64,000 bases of DNA from Geosiphon pyriformis uo1 (lineage: Eukaryota; Fungi; Glomeromycota). This document shows positions 60,449 through 64,000 of the stretch, piece by piece. Each line of letters begins with the position of its first letter. Within the stretch, counting starts at the first letter, position 1. Both the position numbers and the translations under genes were made by a program. The stretch lies in assembly GCA_016748015.1 (NCBI GenBank), contig JAAOMT010000439.1, positions 455,527-519,526 of the forward strand. Direction: 5' to 3'. The notes beneath the pieces are model-generated. The model saw only the letters and a list, made by a program, of their open reading frames with translations. It did no database searches and was not told where the DNA came from.

Positions 60449-62329
60449 CCGAGAAGAATTAGGTCTCACTGCTCAAGGAATCAACGGGTTTGGATCAAAT
60501 GGAAGAGAAAACGTACCAGTTAATTTCATGGAGGAAGACAGTAACCAGGTAGAATTTATCTACACTGATACTGTCATCTCTATTCCCTCATACTGACAAT
60601 ACATCCTTAAGGTAAATTGAAAGATCCAAGATCAAGCCCTGTTATTTGAAGCCAGTTCTGAAATCTGTTCCTTAGCTGATGTTGCTAATCTATATCTACC
60701 AGCCAAAGCCCATAAACACTTCAAAATCCCCATCCACAACCCAACAGAAGATGTTATTGAAATCTCCGAAGGGATCCTTATTAATTCTATATCCGCAGAT
60801 ATTCAGAATTCTGAAAAACCACAATCTATTCCAGATTTCGCACAATTATTCTTATTCTGTGACATTACCTCACAAGTATAGAATTTGCCAAAAAAAATTT
60901 ACTTGTTCACACCAGAAGAGATTAATAAATTGAATTTAAGAAACTTAAGTACTCTGCAACAAATGTAACTCAAAATCCTTCTGAATCAGTATGCCAATGT
61001 CTTTGCTAGCAAAAATGAGTTCGGACGCACCGACATCATAAAGCATTAGATTGATATGGGAAATGCTTGACTGATTAAGCAATGAACTTATTGCATACTC
61101 CTATCTAGCAATAACCTCATTAAGTAAGAAGTGCAATAGATGCTTGATAATAACCTAATTAAAGAATTGTTAAGTCTTTGGTCCTCTTCAGTAGTCTTGG
61201 TTATCAAGAAAAATGGAAAAGTGCAATTCTACATAAACTACAAGAAACTAAACAGTGTTATGCGAGGAGATAATTATCCCACTTCCTTCATCCAGGAAAT
61301 TTTGGACAATCTAGGGAAAAAGAAATGGTTCTCGTTATTAGATTTAGCAAGTGGTTACTGGCAAGTTGAAATGGACCCCAAAGACAAAAAAAAAACAGCA
61401 TTTATTATTCGAGATAAAAACTTCAAGTTTAACATAATGCTTTTTGAACTTTGTAATACTCCTGCCACATTTTAATATCTGATGGATGTAGTATACAAAA
61501 GAATCCTTTGGAAATCAGTAGTAGTCTATCTAGACAACACAAATGTGTTCTCCGAAACATTTGATGACTATTTGCTCTACCTGCAACAAGTTTTTGAATG
61601 TCTTTGTAGTGCCGAATTGAAACTTAATCTTAAGAAGTGCTTCTTTAGAAAAACTGAGTTAAAGTTTCTAGGACATGTAATCGGCAAGGACAGAGTTAAA
61701 CCTAATTCAGATAAAGTACAAAAAGTCAAGGATTTTCTAGCTCCAATCAACTTCAAAGAATTACGAGAATTTCTAGAATTGGCAGAATATTATCATCAAT
61801 TTGTTAAAGGTTTTTTGAATATCACTAAACCATTCCATCAATTGTTGTCCAAATATGTACTATACTTGTAAAAGGAAGACCAACAGAAAGCATTCGACTA
61901 TCTCAAGCAGCGATTGATTACATCCCCAATTCTGATTTATCCAGATTTTACTAACGGTTCATTGTCACTACAAATGCCTTGAAAAATGCTCTAAGAGCAG
62001 TCTTATCACAGATAGGACTGGACAATAGAGAACATCCAATTGTCTACACTAGTTGCAGCACTAGCCCAACAGAAAAGAATTACAGCACAACAGATCTGGA
62101 ATGTCTTGCCATTTATTGGGCCATACAGACTTGGAAACATTATCTCAGTTAACTATTTGACCTATATATTGACCACAAAGAACTTATTTGGTTACTCAAT
62201 AATCCACAACTAGAAGGAAAGTATACAAGATGGAGTACTTATCTGCAACAATTCTTACTTAAAGTCTATTACAAGGAAGAATCCAAGAACACCAATGCTG
62301 ACAGTTTGTCGAGGATGCTACAAACCTAA
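60449..62329 (+). pseudogene. pol: H ORF1 fragment: dUTPase motif 5, spacer domain, RT, RNase H
   Basis: GINGFGS, LDLASGYWQ, VVVYLDN; ends SRMLQT-TAA at 62327-62329. Confidence 0.88.
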
Positions 62330-62339
62330 TCCCAGATTC

Positions 62340-63707
62340 ATAAACACACTCACTTATCAACAACTATATCAGTACCTATTGACACTATATTTTAAGGAGA
62401 TATTATCTCAACAGAAACAAAGTATTATACAAAAACAAGCCCAAAATTATTTTATTCAAAACAACCAACTATATTGACAAGAATGCCAAAACCATTCCAC
62501 TCCACAATGACTAATTAAGGACAGTGAAAGAGAAACTATATTATATAGCATGCATTCAGATCTGACATCAGGACACTTTAACAAAGATGCTACCCTCAAA
62601 AGAATACTAAATTTATACTATTGGTCAATAATATACAAAGACATTTTCGAATATGTGCTTAATTGTGATGCATGTTAGCAAAGAGAAGGAGCAAGATCAA
62701 CAAAACCACTTTGACCCATTTCAGTTGGAAATCCATTTGATAGAATTGGAATTGATTTGATTGGTTCTCTCTTAATTACATCCAAAGGAAATCAGTATAT
62801 CACTATAGCCATTGATTATCTTACAAAATGGCCAGAAGCCAGAGCAATTCAAGTGGCCAATGCCAAAACAGTAGCCAAGTTCATACATCAAGACCTAATT
62901 TGCTGACATAGATGTCCAAAAAAATTGTTATTCAATTAAAGAACGCATTTCATCAATAATATGTTAACAGAATTAAGCCAATGGTTTGGTATAAAACGTC
63001 TTTTATTGTTACCATATCACTCACAAACTAATGGACTAATAGAACAGTTTAACCGAACACTGTGTGAAGCACTAGCAAAAATAAGTCAAGAAAATGAACA
63101 AGAATGAGACCTATTCATACCTTTAGTACTCTTTGCATACTGAACACTAAAGCAAAATATGACACACTTCACACCATTCAAACTAGTCTATGGAAGAAAA
63201 GCTACATTACCTATCGAATGAAAAATATTGTCTTACCCAACAAAAACAATTACTGAAGAGAATTTTAAAGCTACCTTGTACCACAGAACATACCAGCTAA
63301 TGAAAACATTAGAAAACAATCGAAAAACAACAGCTGATAACATTAGTAATGCTCAAAAATGACAAAAGGAAAGACATGACAATCACCTACCTGAACAACC
63401 AATGGAATTCAAAATTGGAGACCAGATACTGGTACATCATACAAAAGCTGAGAAACAGTGGAGTGAAAAGTTTGACCCAAAGTGAAATAGTTCATTCCAT
63501 ATACATAAAGCTTTAGGAAATGGAGCTTACAAACTACAATTGGAAGACAAAATTTTAAAGAAAATAGCACATGAAAATTGGTTAAAAATTTATTATGCAA
63601 AACAGGAATCATTGTCATCAGTATCTCAACTAGGAACACAAATTTCATTAATCAGACCAGAAGATATACCACAAGATCTGGAACCAATCATTATTATTGA
63701 AATGTAG
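62340..63707 (+). pseudogene. H integrase ORF
   Basis: Start decayed to ATA; MHSDLTSGHF..CDAC, GIDLIG, DLEPIIIIEM-TAG. Confidence 0.87.
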
Positions 63708-63787
63708 ACAACAGACAGCAAATTAAATTGGGGAATTCAAATATATATAGCATCCAAAAAGCAGTAAGAAACAATAGAAATTTCAAT

Positions 63788-64000
63788 ATGAACCTTTCAG
63801 ATCAAATTTTAAAATTATCTAAACAATTATTTGAAACAATTCAAAAATCTTCTGCTCAAATAGAAATAACAATTGATAAAAAAGAGATATGGTACAAAAA
63901 TAAGAGCAGAAAAAAGGAGAATGAGAGTTCAATTAGAACTAAACATTCCCTTCCCTACCCACCACCCGAAAGGCAATGTTAGAGAAAAAATTGCCTTCAG
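63788..64000 (+). pseudogene. H ORF3, N-terminus (cut by window end)
   Basis: MNLSDQILKLSKQLFETIQ..IEITIDKKEIWY aligns with G MKITDNIHSLAQQLFQLIQ..MEITINQQTIRY. Confidence 0.7.

Larger units (their letters stand above)
26006..64000 (+). mobile_element. Ty3/Gypsy LTR retrotransposon H (older host of E, F, G; 3' end beyond window)
   Basis: LTR 26006-27026 plus PBS. Coding pieces 27088-28040, 37788-38083, 47660-50328 and 60449-64000 join across each insert: FFLTG|TADS, IRP(R)|H(P)TNLQD, VTTR|EELG. Confidence 0.92.

Overview
The whole window is a nested transposon cluster from an AT-rich eukaryote. I infer a fungus, probably Glomeromycotina-like; no host gene was found. The base layer is one decayed + strand LINE (RT, RNase H, Cys/His tail), split into three pieces. 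Four Ty3/Gypsy LTR retrotransposons inserted into it: A (<1-4031, -), B (5565-14387, -), C (15245-25178, -) and H (26006->64000, +). H was then hit by three more: E (28041-37787, +), F (38084-47659, +) and G (50329-60448, -). The seven elements fall into three LTR families (A/B/C/E/F; G; H) that share an unusual layout. ORF1 is Gag-CCHC-protease-multi-Cys domain-dUTPase-RT-RNase H and ends in a stop conserved across families. Integrase is a separate ORF2, and a non-env ORF3 lies next to the PPT. All copies are disrupted by C>T/G>A changes. The main candidate novelties are: (1) 4-bp TSDs centred on CpG; (2) Gag apparently starting at a conserved AAA-GUG-GC codon, followed by 700-1000 nt almost free of AUG before a conserved AUG; (3) integrase uncoupled from Pol; (4) ORF3 together with family-specific phased repeat arrays just upstream of the LTR TATA box, a possible trans-activator/anti-silencing pair; (5) conserved RNA structures (U5-PBS hairpin, palindromic dimerisation-like hairpin). 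All alignments and counts were done by eye.
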